Shown here: piece by piece, positions 36,827-47,740 of the stretch
How the letters are laid out: each line of letters starts with the position of its first letter
How positions within the stretch are numbered: the stretch's first letter is position 1
Assembly (NCBI GenBank): GCA_047638815.1
Contig: JBLIMR010000006.1
Span: 6,805 to 70,804, forward strand
Direction: 5' to 3'
From: Gammaproteobacteria bacterium
GTDB lineage: Bacteria; Bacteroidota; Bacteroidia; Flavobacteriales_D; JABDKJ01
Length of the DNA: 64,000 bases
Notes under the pieces: model-generated
The model's input: the letters and a program-made list of their open reading frames with translations, nothing else
The model's database searches: none
Told to the model about the DNA's origin: nothing
Program-made: the position numbers and the translations under genes

Positions 36827-37703
36827 TTAAGTCTTCAAAGTCAATATGAATGAGCAGACCTCATCGTTCAATAGTGAGGACATGCCATAAGCCTTTGCAA
36901 TGGATTGGATCACACCGTTTTTTGCCCCCAACTCAATGTTTTTTCCCAACCTCATATCTGTTAACATCGAGCTTCCCTTGCTCTCAGGGTAGGCCAAAAT
37001 AATCTTTATTGCTTCCTCTTGAAAACCGTCTTCGATATCAGCGCCATCTTTTTTGGCAACCGCGATAGATTCCTTCAAAATCAACCTGAGTTTATTTAAC
37101 ATTTTGGGTGTTTTAAAAATCACACAAGTGTCATTTGCCAAACAAAGCAAACCGCCAATGGAAGAACTTAAACACACTTTCTTCCATAGGGCTGAATGAA
37201 AATTTGGGGCAATAAAAACATCCGCTTCCTGTAGAAATATATCACGGAGTTCTGTGGCATGTTTCGATGCGCTTAACGTTAATTTTAAGTTTGAGTATTG
37301 CTTATATCCACCATTCCTTAATGCTTGCACAGAACAATCTATTATACATTCACGAACATTATCTTCTAGTACAATTCCAGAAACAGATTCTTTTAATTTC
37401 AAGCCATTTCTGATAACAAAAACCAAAGTGTTTTTACCAATAAGTTTTTTCAATTGAGAACGCGCAGCTTGATATTGATGCTCTTTGATCGTAATAATCC
37501 AATATCTCAGTGATAGTTTCAGCCTCAGAACAATGAATGGGATATTCTCGCAAAGATTCATTTCTCCAAACCCTTAAGGTGTCTTTTGGAGATCTGTTAA
37601 AAAAGTGCATTTGCAAATCCTTGTTCTCCAACAACACACATCCCAAAATAGAGCCAATGGCCCCCACCCCGAATATTCCAACTTGTAATTTCTTAGCTCT
37701 CAT
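36827..37703 (-). pseudogene. 2-dehydropantoate 2-reductase (ApbA/PanE) family gene interrupted by a frameshift
   Basis: The N-terminal frame (37434-37703) has the Rossmann motif VGIFGVGAIGSILG. The rest (36827-37561), WIITIKEHQ...VFVIRNG...LLCLAND..., is in another frame. The switch is around 37500-37530. Confidence 0.65.
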
Positions 37704-37709
37704 GCAGAT

Positions 37710-39104
37710 TTACAAAGGCCACAACACGACCATGGTTGATTGAATTACAAAATATAGTAAAAATGGAATAACCAGATAACCCATAATATCTCTTGCTTGA
37801 ATTCTAACTCCAGAACCCATAATTGGCAATACCAACAATAAGAAAAAAGGTTGTAATGCATTTGTTAAACTTTCACCATAGGCCATAGACATGGCAGCAC
37901 GTGATATCATTTTAGTCACCTCTTCATCTGGCAGACCCGAACCTATTGACTGGACGGCTTCAATAACACTAGGTCCAATGACTGCGAATTCGCCTCCAGC
38001 AGATGGAATCGCAAAATTGACGATTGCTCCAGATAGAAATGCGAAGAATGGGTAATTGTCTATGGTCGCAACAGAGGCTAACCAAGTGGATAAATGCTCT
38101 CCCAATCCTGTATGAATCATGATACCCATTATCCCTGCATAAAAAGGGAATTGAAACAATATCCCCGACACGTTCGCACTCGACCTTTTCATAGATATGC
38201 CATAACGAATCGGAGTTTTGTGAAGCAACATTCCCAACATTAGAAAAATAAATATCATGATATTCAAGTTGAGATCGAAACCAAATAATAAGAAATGACG
38301 AATGATATAGACCAATCCAGAAAGACCTATTAACCATGTTAAAATCCAACTATTATTTAGCTTATCCGATAAGGCAAACTCCCTTAGCTTTTGATCATTG
38401 GCCTCTTCCAAAATGGGTTTTTCATATTCAGAATAATTGTCAGATAATTCTTGTAAGGACTTGCCTTTTCCCAATCTGGAAATTAAAAAGACCATAAGTA
38501 TTGGTGTTACTACAATGAAAAGAACAATCATAGCTATGTTTAAACCTGATCCAAGCGTATAGCTTGTTGGAATTATATCACTTAGAAGTCCAGCATCTAT
38601 GAGATAATTATTTGGTGTATTCAATAGCAAAGGAATCGAACTGGAAAATCCCGTCACCCAACCACTCATTGAAAAATATACACATGCGATAAGAAAGGCG
38701 TAATTTACGCCTTCAACCCTTTTTGCTAATTCTCTTGCGAAAAGGGCTGTAATGATTATCCACCCCCAACTTATAAGACCCAATAATATCCCCAACAAAA
38801 CGGTAACGAAATAGACTTGCTTTGGTGTTTTTATGTGTCCGGTTAGTCCGTTTATTCCCTTTTCTGCCAATGGAGATAAGGCGATGCTATATCCTGTTAT
38901 GATGAGAAGAACCATTTGCATACCAAATTCCAAGAGCATCCAAAAGCCCTGATACCATGATCCGATAACATCTAACAATGAAGCGTTGGTTGTGATAATA
39001 GCAGCTCCAGCTGCAATAAATGTCAAGATGATAGCGAAAACAAATGCATCGGGCATGTTCTTCTTGAACAAGTCAGTAAATTTCTCTCCTAGTTTAGTCA
39101 GCAT
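37710..39104 (-). CDS. Short-chain fatty acid transporter (AtoE family)
   Basis: MLTKLGEKFTDLFKKNMPDAFVFAIILTF N-terminus and multi-TM body resemble AtoE/TIGR00366. The ORF track start at 39131 is probably too early. Confidence 0.7.
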   Translation of the reverse strand: MLTKLGEKFTDLFKKNMPDAFVFAIILTFIAAGAAIITTNASLLDVIGSWYQGFWMLLEFGMQMVLLIITGYSIALSPLAEKGINGLTGHIKTPKQVYFVTVLLGILLGLISWGWIIITALFARELAKRVEGVNYAFLIACVYFSMSGWVTGFSSSIPLLLNTPNNYLIDAGLLSDIIPTSYTLGSGLNIAMIVLFIVVTPILMVFLISRLGKGKSLQELSDNYSEYEKPILEEANDQKLREFALSDKLNNSWILTWLIGLSGLVYIIRHFLLFGFDLNLNIMIFIFLMLGMLLHKTPIRYGISMKRSSANVSGILFQFPFYAGIMGIMIHTGLGEHLSTWLASVATIDNYPFFAFLSGAIVNFAIPSAGGEFAVIGPSVIEAVQSIGSGLPDEEVTKMISRAAMSMAYGESLTNALQPFFLLLVLPIMGSGVRIQARDIMGYLVIPFLLYFVIQSTMVVLWPL

Positions 39105-39330
39105 AGTTTTCCGTTTCTTGATATTAAACACGATAAATATATAGGAATTTTATGCCTCAGAAGATTAATCGAACACGAAAATCACATTCACATGTAGTTC
39201 GTTAAACACATTGAAGACTTATCCAATGTTTTTATTCTCAATCAACCCGACCTTCCATTTTTATATCTTTGATTAAATCTTTCACAAATTACGTTGTCCA
39301 ATGAGGTATTCATTAATCAAATATTCCGAC

Positions 39331-40428
39331 ATGAAATATTTAATTCTAATCTCTTTTCTCATACTCATAGGATGTAAAAAAGAAGATGAAACGCCAACAC
39401 CGGATCCTATCACTGAAACTGAAATGTATTTTCCACCTACGGATTCTGACGATTGGTCATCAAAAAGCCCAGAAAATCTCAATTGGAATATTGATGAACT
39501 CGAGAATCTATATGACTTTCTGGAAGATGGGCAAACACGAGCCTTTATTATTTTAAAAAATGGGGAAATTGTGGTGGAAAAATATTGGGGAAATAACATA
39601 TTTGACACTCAGCCTTTTGACCAAAACACACAGTGGTATTGGGCATCTGCGGGGAAGACGCTCACAGCTACACTAACCGGAATAGCCCAAGAAGAAGGAC
39701 TGTTAAATATTGATGACAAATCTTCGGATTACCTCGGCTCGAACTGGTCAAGTTTGCCGCTTGAAAAAGAAAACCTCATCACTGTCAAACATCATATCAC
39801 TATGACTACGGGATTGGATTACAACGTTACAAATCAGAACTGCACGGAACCAAGTTGCTTAACATACCTTGCAGATGCTGGAACGCAATGGTACTATCAT
39901 AACGCGGCCTACACCCTAACGCAAAACATCATCACAAATGCCACCGGAATGTCCTATGATGATTACACCAATCAAGCAATAGAATCTCATATTGGAATGT
40001 CCGGCACATGGTTTCCTTTGGATGATCTTGTAATTTATTGGAGTACGGCTAGAGATGCCGCCCGATTTGGATTGTTGTTACTAAATGAAGGACATTGGGG
40101 ACAAACACCAGTTTTGAATGATCCTGATTTTTTCCATGACATGACCAATACATCACAGGATCTAAATAAATCCTATGGTTATTTGACTTGGCTCAATGGC
40201 AAATCTTCTATTATCTTTCCAGGACTACCCAATAGTTTCCCATTTCCACTTTCCGAAAATGCACCTGATGATTGTTATGCCGCCATGGGTAAAAATGGGC
40301 AGTATATTGATATGATTCCAAGCAAAGGCCTTGTGATCATTAGAATGGGCCAAGCCCCTGACGAATCTTTTGTTCCCACGGCTTTTCATGATGAAATATG
40401 GCAGAAAATCAATGCTGTCATTCCGTAA
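39331..40428 (+). CDS. Serine hydrolase (beta-lactamase/transpeptidase-like fold), lipoprotein
   Basis: Lipobox FLILIGC from ATG 39331; SxxK motif ASAGKT; YHN-like motif. Confidence 0.8.
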   Translation: MKYLILISFLILIGCKKEDETPTPDPITETEMYFPPTDSDDWSSKSPENLNWNIDELENLYDFLEDGQTRAFIILKNGEIVVEKYWGNNIFDTQPFDQNTQWYWASAGKTLTATLTGIAQEEGLLNIDDKSSDYLGSNWSSLPLEKENLITVKHHITMTTGLDYNVTNQNCTEPSCLTYLADAGTQWYYHNAAYTLTQNIITNATGMSYDDYTNQAIESHIGMSGTWFPLDDLVIYWSTARDAARFGLLLLNEGHWGQTPVLNDPDFFHDMTNTSQDLNKSYGYLTWLNGKSSIIFPGLPNSFPFPLSENAPDDCYAAMGKNGQYIDMIPSKGLVIIRMGQAPDESFVPTAFHDEIWQKINAVIP

Positions 40429-40571
40429 TTGGCAACCTGATAATTGTCCATAATTCGTTGATGGAAACACTGAATTAATTCCTGATTTTCTTTACTAAGA
40501 ATATTTGATAAATTATTCCTAGAATCCTATAAGCGTGCATTGAACCTTTAACTTAGGAAAAAAATCACGTA

Positions 40572-42404
40572 ATGAATTTAGCCACTATTGATTATGCCAT
40601 TATAATTTCATTTTTCAGCATCACCCTATTCATTGGATTTTGGGTTTCTAAAAAATCTCGAAAGAGTGCCTCAGAGTATTTTCTTTCGGGAAAAAATATG
40701 CCCTGGTGGTTGTTGGGTGTTTCAATGGTCGCAACTACATTCTCAACGGACACCCCAAATCTTGTAACAGATATTGTCCGAACAAATGGTGTTTCAGGCA
40801 ACTGGGTATGGTGGGCATTCTTAATCACTGGTATGCTTACAGTTTTTGTTTACGCCAAACTTTGGCGTAAGAGTAATGTGAATACGGATCTTGAATTTTA
40901 TAATCTGAGATATGGCGGCAAGCCCGCCAATTTCTTGAGACAATTTCGTGCCATATATCTCGGAGTATTTTTTAATGTCTTGGCCATGGCTGGAGTGACA
41001 CTAGCTGCCATCAAGATTGGTGGTGTGATGTTGGGATTATCCCCATTGGAAACGATAGGTATTGCCTCTGTGGTGACGGTTGTATTTAGTGCAGTCGGTG
41101 GATTTAGAGGCGTAGTTTACACTGATTTCTTACTGTTTTTTGTGGCCATCGTTGGTGCAATTGGTGCAGCATATGTATCGGTGACTCATCCTCAAGTTGA
41201 TGGACTAAGCAATCTTTTATCTCATCCAAATGTTGTCGGAAAACTTAACATGATTCCCGATTTCAACAATACAAGTTTATTGATCACCATTTTTATTATC
41301 CCTCTTGCCGTACAATGGTGGAGCGCTTGGTATCCCGGTGCTGAACCAGGCGGTGGTGGTTACATCGCCCAGAGAATGTTAGCCGCCAAGGATGAAAATC
41401 ATGCGATTGGCGCCACATTCTTTTTCAACATATTACACTACGCCCTAAGACCTTGGCCATGGATTCTTGTTGCACTGGCCTCCCTTATCGTCTTCCCAGA
41501 TTTGGCAAGTATACAAGAGGCTTTCCCTTCGATTACCGATGACAAACTTGGACATGATTTGGCATATCCCGCCATGTTAACTTTTTTGCCTGCTGGATTA
41601 TTAGGTGTTGTTTTAACATCTCTTATCGCTGCTTTTATGAGTACGATTTCAACACATCTAAATTGGGGTGCATCGTATTTAGTGAATGACTTTTATAAGG
41701 AGATTCTTCTGAAAGATGCTGATCCTAAAGATGCAGGAATCAATGAAAAAAAGATGGTCCGATTTGGTCAATTGTCGACCGTTGTTTTAATGGCACTAAG
41801 TGCGATTCTTGCATTAATGTTTAACAACGCTTTACAGCTTTTTGATTTTATATTAATGTTCGGTGCTGGTACAGGATTGATCTTTTTATTACGTTGGTTT
41901 TGGTGGAGAATTAATGCGTGGAGTGAGATTTCTGCCATGCTAGCCTCAGGTATTATTTCATTCACTTTTCACTTCAACAAAGCTGCCCTCTTTGGTTCCG
42001 ATATCGTTGATGGTATTTTTGCCGATTACATGCAATTCCCTTTGGTGGTTTTACTCACAACCATCATCTGGGTTGTAGTAACTTTCCTAACAAAGCCCGA
42101 AGATGATGAAGTACTCTATGATTTCTTTAAAAAAATACAACCCGCAAAGGCCGGTTGGAAATCCATCTTAAACAAAGCTACGCATGAAAAAATAAACTTG
42201 ATTACTGAAAAGAAATCAGGGAATTTGTCCAATAATGTTTTAGCCGTTTTTGTTGCTTGTATCTTAGTCTATAGCGCACTATTTGCAACTGGAAATTGGA
42301 TATACGGAAATATAAGCTTGGCGGCTATATTGACTGGAGTAGTTGTCCTCATGACCATCACACTTTTAAAGCTTTGGAAAAAGATGAAGACTTCGTTTTT
42401 GTAA
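40572..42404 (+). CDS. Sodium:solute symporter (SSF) family transporter
   Basis: 610 aa, 13-15 TM helices, FLSGKNMPWW N-terminal motif, GGGYIAQR. Confidence 0.85.
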   Translation: MNLATIDYAIIISFFSITLFIGFWVSKKSRKSASEYFLSGKNMPWWLLGVSMVATTFSTDTPNLVTDIVRTNGVSGNWVWWAFLITGMLTVFVYAKLWRKSNVNTDLEFYNLRYGGKPANFLRQFRAIYLGVFFNVLAMAGVTLAAIKIGGVMLGLSPLETIGIASVVTVVFSAVGGFRGVVYTDFLLFFVAIVGAIGAAYVSVTHPQVDGLSNLLSHPNVVGKLNMIPDFNNTSLLITIFIIPLAVQWWSAWYPGAEPGGGGYIAQRMLAAKDENHAIGATFFFNILHYALRPWPWILVALASLIVFPDLASIQEAFPSITDDKLGHDLAYPAMLTFLPAGLLGVVLTSLIAAFMSTISTHLNWGASYLVNDFYKEILLKDADPKDAGINEKKMVRFGQLSTVVLMALSAILALMFNNALQLFDFILMFGAGTGLIFLLRWFWWRINAWSEISAMLASGIISFTFHFNKAALFGSDIVDGIFADYMQFPLVVLLTTIIWVVVTFLTKPEDDEVLYDFFKKIQPAKAGWKSILNKATHEKINLITEKKSGNLSNNVLAVFVACILVYSALFATGNWIYGNISLAAILTGVVVLMTITLLKLWKKMKTSFL

Positions 42405-42424
42405 TTACAAGATCCTATTTATGA

Positions 42425-42449
42425 TTCGAAGATTCTTTGAATCTTCGAA
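42425..42449. terminator. Perfect 11-bp hairpin between convergent genes
   Basis: TTCGAAGATTC-TTT-GAATCTTCGAA. There is no clean U-tract, so termination is only presumed. Confidence 0.35.
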
Positions 42450-42472
42450 AATGATTGTAATGTCACTTCCAT

Positions 42473-43027
42473 CTAATTGTGAATGCAAAATGTTTTTGCT
42501 AGCATGTCATGACCACCTCTTTTTTGAGCGTCAAAGACGATAATTATCCCAACAGACAATATTACAAGACCTGCAATACCATCGACAGAATTTCCTTCTG
42601 AAACAAGGGCAGAGTATTCAACAAAACTTAGCGTATTTTCAAAATTGGCACTACTGAATATGGACATCAGTGTAAAGATATTAAGTACATGTCCAATTAT
42701 CCAAGGTGAATATCTTATAATCGCTTGGTTCATTGAAATAGGTCCATAATTTAGACTAACAACTTTAATGTTGGTTGCCATTTTACCAAGCGTGGCACCA
42801 TATTTAAATTCCATCAATGGTTTGTATATACCCGTTATCACTACGAGAAAGAATGCCAAGGCCAATGATTTCATGGAAATGATATTGTATACAATCAAGA
42901 ATGAAAACGGAATCATTACGAGACCATCTATTATTGCAGCTCCAAATCTTATCCAAAACCCGGCATATTCAACATCTCCATATTTCTTTTCTAATTCATA
43001 ACTGTCTAATACATCACTCATGTGCAA
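42473..43027 (-). CDS. RDD family membrane protein
   Basis: GFWIRFGAAIIDGLVM ... GGHDMLAKT pattern of RDD domain proteins. Confidence 0.7.
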   Translation of the reverse strand: MHMSDVLDSYELEKKYGDVEYAGFWIRFGAAIIDGLVMIPFSFLIVYNIISMKSLALAFFLVVITGIYKPLMEFKYGATLGKMATNIKVVSLNYGPISMNQAIIRYSPWIIGHVLNIFTLMSIFSSANFENTLSFVEYSALVSEGNSVDGIAGLVILSVGIIIVFDAQKRGGHDMLAKTFCIHN

Positions 43028-43063
43028 GTTTTTTTGACAATATACAATTATATGGGATATCCT

Positions 43064-43093
43064 AAATAAAAAAGAGAGCCCCGAAGAGCTCCC
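43064..43093 (-). terminator. Intrinsic terminator with UUCG tetraloop (second of a tandem pair after the trp operon)
   Basis: Minus-strand RNA GGGAGCUC-UUCG-GGGCUCUC followed by UUUUUUAUUU. The two non-Watson-Crick positions are G-U only on the minus-strand transcript. Confidence 0.65.
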
Positions 43094-43126
43094 TAATATT
43101 ACTAACCTAACCTAATTTTTAACAAC

Positions 43127-43159
43127 AAAAAAGGCGGCCTATCGATATGATAAGCCGCC
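43127..43159 (-). terminator. Intrinsic terminator at the end of the trp-aro operon
   Basis: Minus-strand RNA GGCGGCUUAUC-AUAUC-GAUAGGCCGCC followed by UUUUUU. 11-bp stem. The one odd pair is G-U on the minus transcript and C-A on the plus transcript. Confidence 0.8.
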
Positions 43160-43322
43160 TCAATATTTTTTTATAAATACACGCTTTATCTCATATCATC
43201 AAACGATAATCTGTGACAAAAGCAACAACATGTATATCCTTTTACGTGCATAAGATGTAAATATAGCAATAAATCCCCGATTTTGCAAGTATTCTATGAT
43301 CAAATATGAATAATCTCCTATT

Positions 43323-44336
43323 CTAACCCCACTTTAGGAAGTGCTCTCGTGTCGCTCTGATACTATCATAAGATCCAACTGCCTGTTTGTGACTTAAGGT
43401 TTGTTGGCCATCAGAAAATGCCTTTTGTGGCACTTCATGTACTTCCATAATAACTCCATCTGCACCAGCCATTACGCAAGCCAACGCAACAGGAGTAACA
43501 TATTTCCTAATACCTATACCATGGGAAGGATCAGCTATGATTGGCAGATGCGTTCGTTCTCGCAAAATCGCCAATGCATTTATATCCATTGTATTTCGGT
43601 ACGCTTTTTCATAAGATCGAATGCCTCGTTCACACAACATAATTTTCTCATTACCACTTGAAAAAATGTACTCCGCTGAGTGAAGTAACTCATCCAAAGT
43701 CCCAGATATTCCTCGCTTAAGCATAACCGCCTTGTCCACTTTTCCGAGTTCACTCAAAAGATTGAAGTTTTGGCTGTTCCTTGCTCCTACCTGAAAAATG
43801 TCAACATAGTCATGCATCTTTTGAACCTGATCCAATTCCATTACCTCCGTGATTATTTTAATCCCATTCTCCTGACAATGTTTGTAGAATAATTTTAATC
43901 CATCTATTCCCAATCCTTGAAAACTGTACGGAGAGCTTCTTGGTTTAAAAACTCCACCCCTCATAATCCGAATATTGTTTTCTACCAGGTGTTTAACAGT
44001 ACATTCTATCTGATCTTCATTTTCAATTGAGCATGGTCCAGCCATTAGTTGGAAGTCACCATTACCAATTTTAACATCTCCACCCAAGTCAATGGAAGTC
44101 TTCCCAACTTTCCATTTGGAAGATACCAGCTTATATGCATCACTCACTCGGTGAATATCCTTTACCCCTTTAATGCTACCAACAAGTCTTGGATCAACTT
44201 CGTCTTTTCCAATACAGATTAAGTATTCCCCGTTTTGAGTTACAACTTGATTGGGCGCATATTTCAGTTGCTTAATTTCAGACATGATATTCTCTATTTG
44301 ACCCTCACCTATTCCATTTTCTAATTGTATAATCAT
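43323..44336 (-). CDS. 3-deoxy-7-phosphoheptulonate (DAHP) synthase, type I-beta with N-terminal ferredoxin-like regulatory domain
   Basis: MAGPCSIE, FKPRSSPYSFQGLG, DPSHG motifs. An approx. 80-aa N-terminal extension precedes the TIM barrel. It is the last gene of the trp string. Confidence 0.88.
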   Translation of the reverse strand: MIIQLENGIGEGQIENIMSEIKQLKYAPNQVVTQNGEYLICIGKDEVDPRLVGSIKGVKDIHRVSDAYKLVSSKWKVGKTSIDLGGDVKIGNGDFQLMAGPCSIENEDQIECTVKHLVENNIRIMRGGVFKPRSSPYSFQGLGIDGLKLFYKHCQENGIKIITEVMELDQVQKMHDYVDIFQVGARNSQNFNLLSELGKVDKAVMLKRGISGTLDELLHSAEYIFSSGNEKIMLCERGIRSYEKAYRNTMDINALAILRERTHLPIIADPSHGIGIRKYVTPVALACVMAGADGVIMEVHEVPQKAFSDGQQTLSHKQAVGSYDSIRATREHFLKWG

Positions 44337-44349
44337 GATCTTTCTATTT

Positions 44350-45123
44350 TTAATTGTCTGTTAATATTGAGTCGATATAGTTCTTTATACTATGCTCTAA
44401 ATTATCTTTTTCCAAGGCTCTAATAAATCCACTTCCAATAATTGCTCCATTGGCATACTTACATGCTTCTCTATATGATTTCCCTGAATTGATTCCAAAC
44501 CCAATAACTTTGGGCGTCTTGAGGTTAAGGTTATGAATTCGATCGAAATATTCTAATTGTTCCTTTGTAAATTCTTTTGACCCTCCAGTCGTGCTTGATT
44601 GAGAAACAATATATAGAAAGCCAGAACTATATTCCGAAGCTTGTTGAATTCTTGCATCGTTAGTTTGTGGTGTAATTAAGAACGACATCCCTAAATTGTA
44701 TTTTTCTAATGCACTTTTGTACTCTTCCTGATAAATTTCCATCGGTAGATCCGGAATTATAAAGGCTGAAATACCCGCTTCTGAAGCCGCTTTGCAAAAT
44801 TTCTCTTTCCCATACCTCATCCATTGATTCAGATATCCCATAAAGACAAGGGGCACATTTACTTCTTTCTTAATTTGCTTTAATTGATTAAAAAGCAAAT
44901 CCAGAGTCATCCCATTTTTCAGGGCCTGAGCACTACTTTGCTGTATAGTTTCTCCGTCTGCCATTGGATCTGAATATGGCATCCCCACCTCAATTAGGTC
45001 CACTCCTGATTTTTGCAAACTCAATATGGTTCTGCCTGTATCATCGATGTTTGGATAACCCGCAGTGAAATACACACTGAGTATATCCTTCTTAGCCCTA
45101 AACAATTCTTTAATCCTTTCCAT
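44350..45123 (-). CDS. trpA: Tryptophan synthase alpha chain
   Basis: EVGMPYSDPMADGETIQ and GFGI motifs; positioned after trpB. Confidence 0.92.
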   Translation of the reverse strand: MERIKELFRAKKDILSVYFTAGYPNIDDTGRTILSLQKSGVDLIEVGMPYSDPMADGETIQQSSAQALKNGMTLDLLFNQLKQIKKEVNVPLVFMGYLNQWMRYGKEKFCKAASEAGISAFIIPDLPMEIYQEEYKSALEKYNLGMSFLITPQTNDARIQQASEYSSGFLYIVSQSSTTGGSKEFTKEQLEYFDRIHNLNLKTPKVIGFGINSGKSYREACKYANGAIIGSGFIRALEKDNLEHSIKNYIDSILTDN

Positions 45124-45126
45124 AAC

Positions 45127-46308
45127 TTAATATCCAAAGTGTTTTATATATGTACTCAAATCCTTATCCCCCCTGCCAGATAAATTAATGACAATGAGTT
45201 GATCTTTCTTGTGCTCTATTTTCTCCAATACGGCAAAAGCATGGGCAGATTCTAAGGCGGGGATTATACCTTCCAAACGCGATAATTCCAATGCTGAAGT
45301 TAATGCCTCTTCATCCGTGACTGCATAACTTTTTGCTCTACCACTAGATATAAGATGCGCATGCATAGGTCCAATGCCTGGGTAATCCAAGCCGGCAGAA
45401 ATGGAATATGGTTCTATAACTTGACCATCATCCGTTTGCATTAACAAGGTTCTACTTCCATGTAATATCCCTTCTGAACCTAGAAAACTTGTCGCAGCAG
45501 AATAACCACTGTCAATTCCTTTTCCTGCAGCCTCAGCAGCTACAAGTTTCACTTCTTCGTTCTCTAGATAATGGTAAAAAGCCCCTGCAGCATTGCTTCC
45601 TCCGCCAACACATGCTATTATCATATCCGGGTTTTCCCTTTTCTCCTGTGTCAACAACTGCTTTTTTATTTCAGCACTTATCACGGATTGAAATCTGGCC
45701 ACCATATCAGGATATGGATGGGGACCAACCACAGATCCAATAATATAAAAAGTGTCTGTAGGATTATTGATCCAGTCTCTTATTGCTTCGTTTGTAGCAT
45801 CTTTGAGCGTTTTGCTTCCAGACTTTGCCGGCCTTACCTCAGCCCCTAACATCTTCATTCGACTAACATTTGGCGCTTGCCTTTCAATATCATGCTCACC
45901 CATGTACACAATACACTGCAAGCCCTTCAATGCACATACTGTTGCAGTTGCTACACCATGCTGACCAGCACCAGTTTCAGCGATGATTCTTTTTTTACCC
46001 AATCTTTCTGCAAGTAGTATCTGACCAATCGTATTGTTTACTTTATGTGCGCCAGTATGACATAAATCTTCTCTTTTTAAATATATTTTTGATCCATATT
46101 TCGCAGACAAACGTTTTGCGAAATACAAAGGTGTTGGTCTACCAACATAATCTTTCAGAAGCGCATCAAATTCTTTTTTGAATTCATCATCTTGGCTAAG
46201 GGTCAAATAACAATTCTTTAATTCCTCAATGTTGGCGTGCAACATTTCAGGAATAAATGCGCCACCAAATTCACCATAAAAACCACTCTTCGTTGGATCG
46301 TACTTCAT
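45127..46308 (-). CDS. trpB: Tryptophan synthase beta chain
   Basis: [11 protein letters not shown] (PLP lysine), [17 protein letters not shown]. Confidence 0.95.
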   Translation of the reverse strand: MKYDPTKSGFYGEFGGAFIPEMLHANIEELKNCYLTLSQDDEFKKEFDALLKDYVGRPTPLYFAKRLSAKYGSKIYLKREDLCHTGAHKVNNTIGQILLAERLGKKRIIAETGAGQHGVATATVCALKGLQCIVYMGEHDIERQAPNVSRMKMLGAEVRPAKSGSKTLKDATNEAIRDWINNPTDTFYIIGSVVGPHPYPDMVARFQSVISAEIKKQLLTQEKRENPDMIIACVGGGSNAAGAFYHYLENEEVKLVAAEAAGKGIDSGYSAATSFLGSEGILHGSRTLLMQTDDGQVIEPYSISAGLDYPGIGPMHAHLISSGRAKSYAVTDEEALTSALELSRLEGIIPALESAHAFAVLEKIEHKKDQLIVINLSGRGDKDLSTYIKHFGY

Positions 46309-46309
46309 A

Positions 46310-46948
46310 TTACAATCTTATTTCTTTAATGAATTTTTCCAATACTGAAATATCTTTTAACGCTGGACTTAATTCAAATCCTGAATTAACATCAATGCCT
46401 TGAAGTACGCTTAGCTTAAGTTTTTTCAGTTCTTGTGTATCTTCTATATTTATTCCCCCACTCAAATAGAATGGAACATTCAATTTGTATTGTTCCATTA
46501 TATTCCAATTAAATTTTTTCCCAGAGCCACCATATTTACTAGTATAAGTATCAAATAAAAAACAATCCACTACCGATGAATAATGATCGACATTATCAAA
46601 TGTAAAACCTTCATTCACTCTAAATACTTTCATAATACGAGCGCTACATTTCTCCTTCAATTCACCGCAATATGACGGACTCTCATCCCCGTGCAACTGG
46701 ATAACATCCAGGTGCAATGATTTTTGAATGTAAATTAAACTATCAATACTTTCATTCACAAAAACCCCCGTCTTCTCAATACTTGATTGAATATCGTCAA
46801 CGATACGCAAAGCCAGTTCTGGCAAGATGTATCTACTAGATTTATTGTAAAAAACAAAGCCCATCATATCAGGATTCAATTTTGAAACTGCCATGGCGTT
46901 TTCATAAATCGCGTTTCCGCAAACCTTTATTTTTAACGCAACACTCAT
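46310..46948 (-). CDS. trpF: Phosphoribosylanthranilate isomerase
   Basis: KVCGN...MGFVFY...IQLHGDES...LSGGI pattern; positioned between trpC and trpB. Confidence 0.88.
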   Translation of the reverse strand: MSVALKIKVCGNAIYENAMAVSKLNPDMMGFVFYNKSSRYILPELALRIVDDIQSSIEKTGVFVNESIDSLIYIQKSLHLDVIQLHGDESPSYCGELKEKCSARIMKVFRVNEGFTFDNVDHYSSVVDCFLFDTYTSKYGGSGKKFNWNIMEQYKLNVPFYLSGGINIEDTQELKKLKLSVLQGIDVNSGFELSPALKDISVLEKFIKEIRL

Positions 46949-47733
46949 TAAACAATTGAGCTAATAAAATTTCTTGCTGCCAATTCTGGATGCTCTTCTT
47001 TCATAAATAATTCACCAATCAAAAAGCCATGAAATCCCGCTGATTTTAAAAGCGCTATATCCTCTAATGAATTAATGCCACTTTCAGAAATTAATGTCTT
47101 ATTGGTAGGTAAAGACTCTTTGATTCTAATCGAATTTTGAATGGATGTTTTAAAAACTTTTAGGTCACGATTGTTTACGCCAATAAGATCAATATCATCA
47201 TTCAACTTTACCAATTGATCCTCATTATGCAATTCGCAAAGCACCTCCATTCCAAGATTTTTTGCTAGTGTCGTGAATTGTTGTATTTCCGCTTTTGATA
47301 AACATTCAGCAATTAATAGTATGGCGTCTGCACCGATTGATCTTGATTCGATAATTTGATATTCATCCACGATAAAATCCTTTCTTAGAATTGGGCAATA
47401 ATTATAGTTTCTTGCCACCGTTAAATCTGAACTCTTTCCGCCAAAAAACTTCTCATCTGTAAGTATGCTCAAAGCTGAGGCTCCAGCTTGCATATATCCA
47501 ATAGTCACCTTCTCAACATCCCCATAGACATTGATATCCCCTTTGGATGGCGATCGTCTTTTAAATTCAGCAATAACCCCAGACATATCATCCCTAAGAA
47601 TGTAATCATTCAAGGAGAGACAAGGCGACTTAAAATACTGAGAACTCTCCAATAACTTAATCGGATAAAGCTCCTTTTTTTCTTGAACTTCTATTCTCTT
47701 GTGCTCTTTTATTTCTTCTAAAATATTTTTCAT
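46948..47733 (-). CDS. trpC: Indole-3-glycerol phosphate synthase
   Basis: IAEFKRRSPSKG, LRKDFIVDEYQI, GVNNRDL, ESGI motifs. Confidence 0.92.
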   Translation of the reverse strand: MKNILEEIKEHKRIEVQEKKELYPIKLLESSQYFKSPCLSLNDYILRDDMSGVIAEFKRRSPSKGDINVYGDVEKVTIGYMQAGASALSILTDEKFFGGKSSDLTVARNYNYCPILRKDFIVDEYQIIESRSIGADAILLIAECLSKAEIQQFTTLAKNLGMEVLCELHNEDQLVKLNDDIDLIGVNNRDLKVFKTSIQNSIRIKESLPTNKTLISESGINSLEDIALLKSAGFHGFLIGELFMKEEHPELAARNFISSIV

Positions 47734-47740
47734 TGCGTCT

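Noticed and set aside
39282-39608. 108-aa minus-strand ORF
   Set aside because: It lies antisense to the 5' end of the well-supported serine hydrolase gene. It has a low-complexity Ser/Phe-rich translation and no family resemblance.
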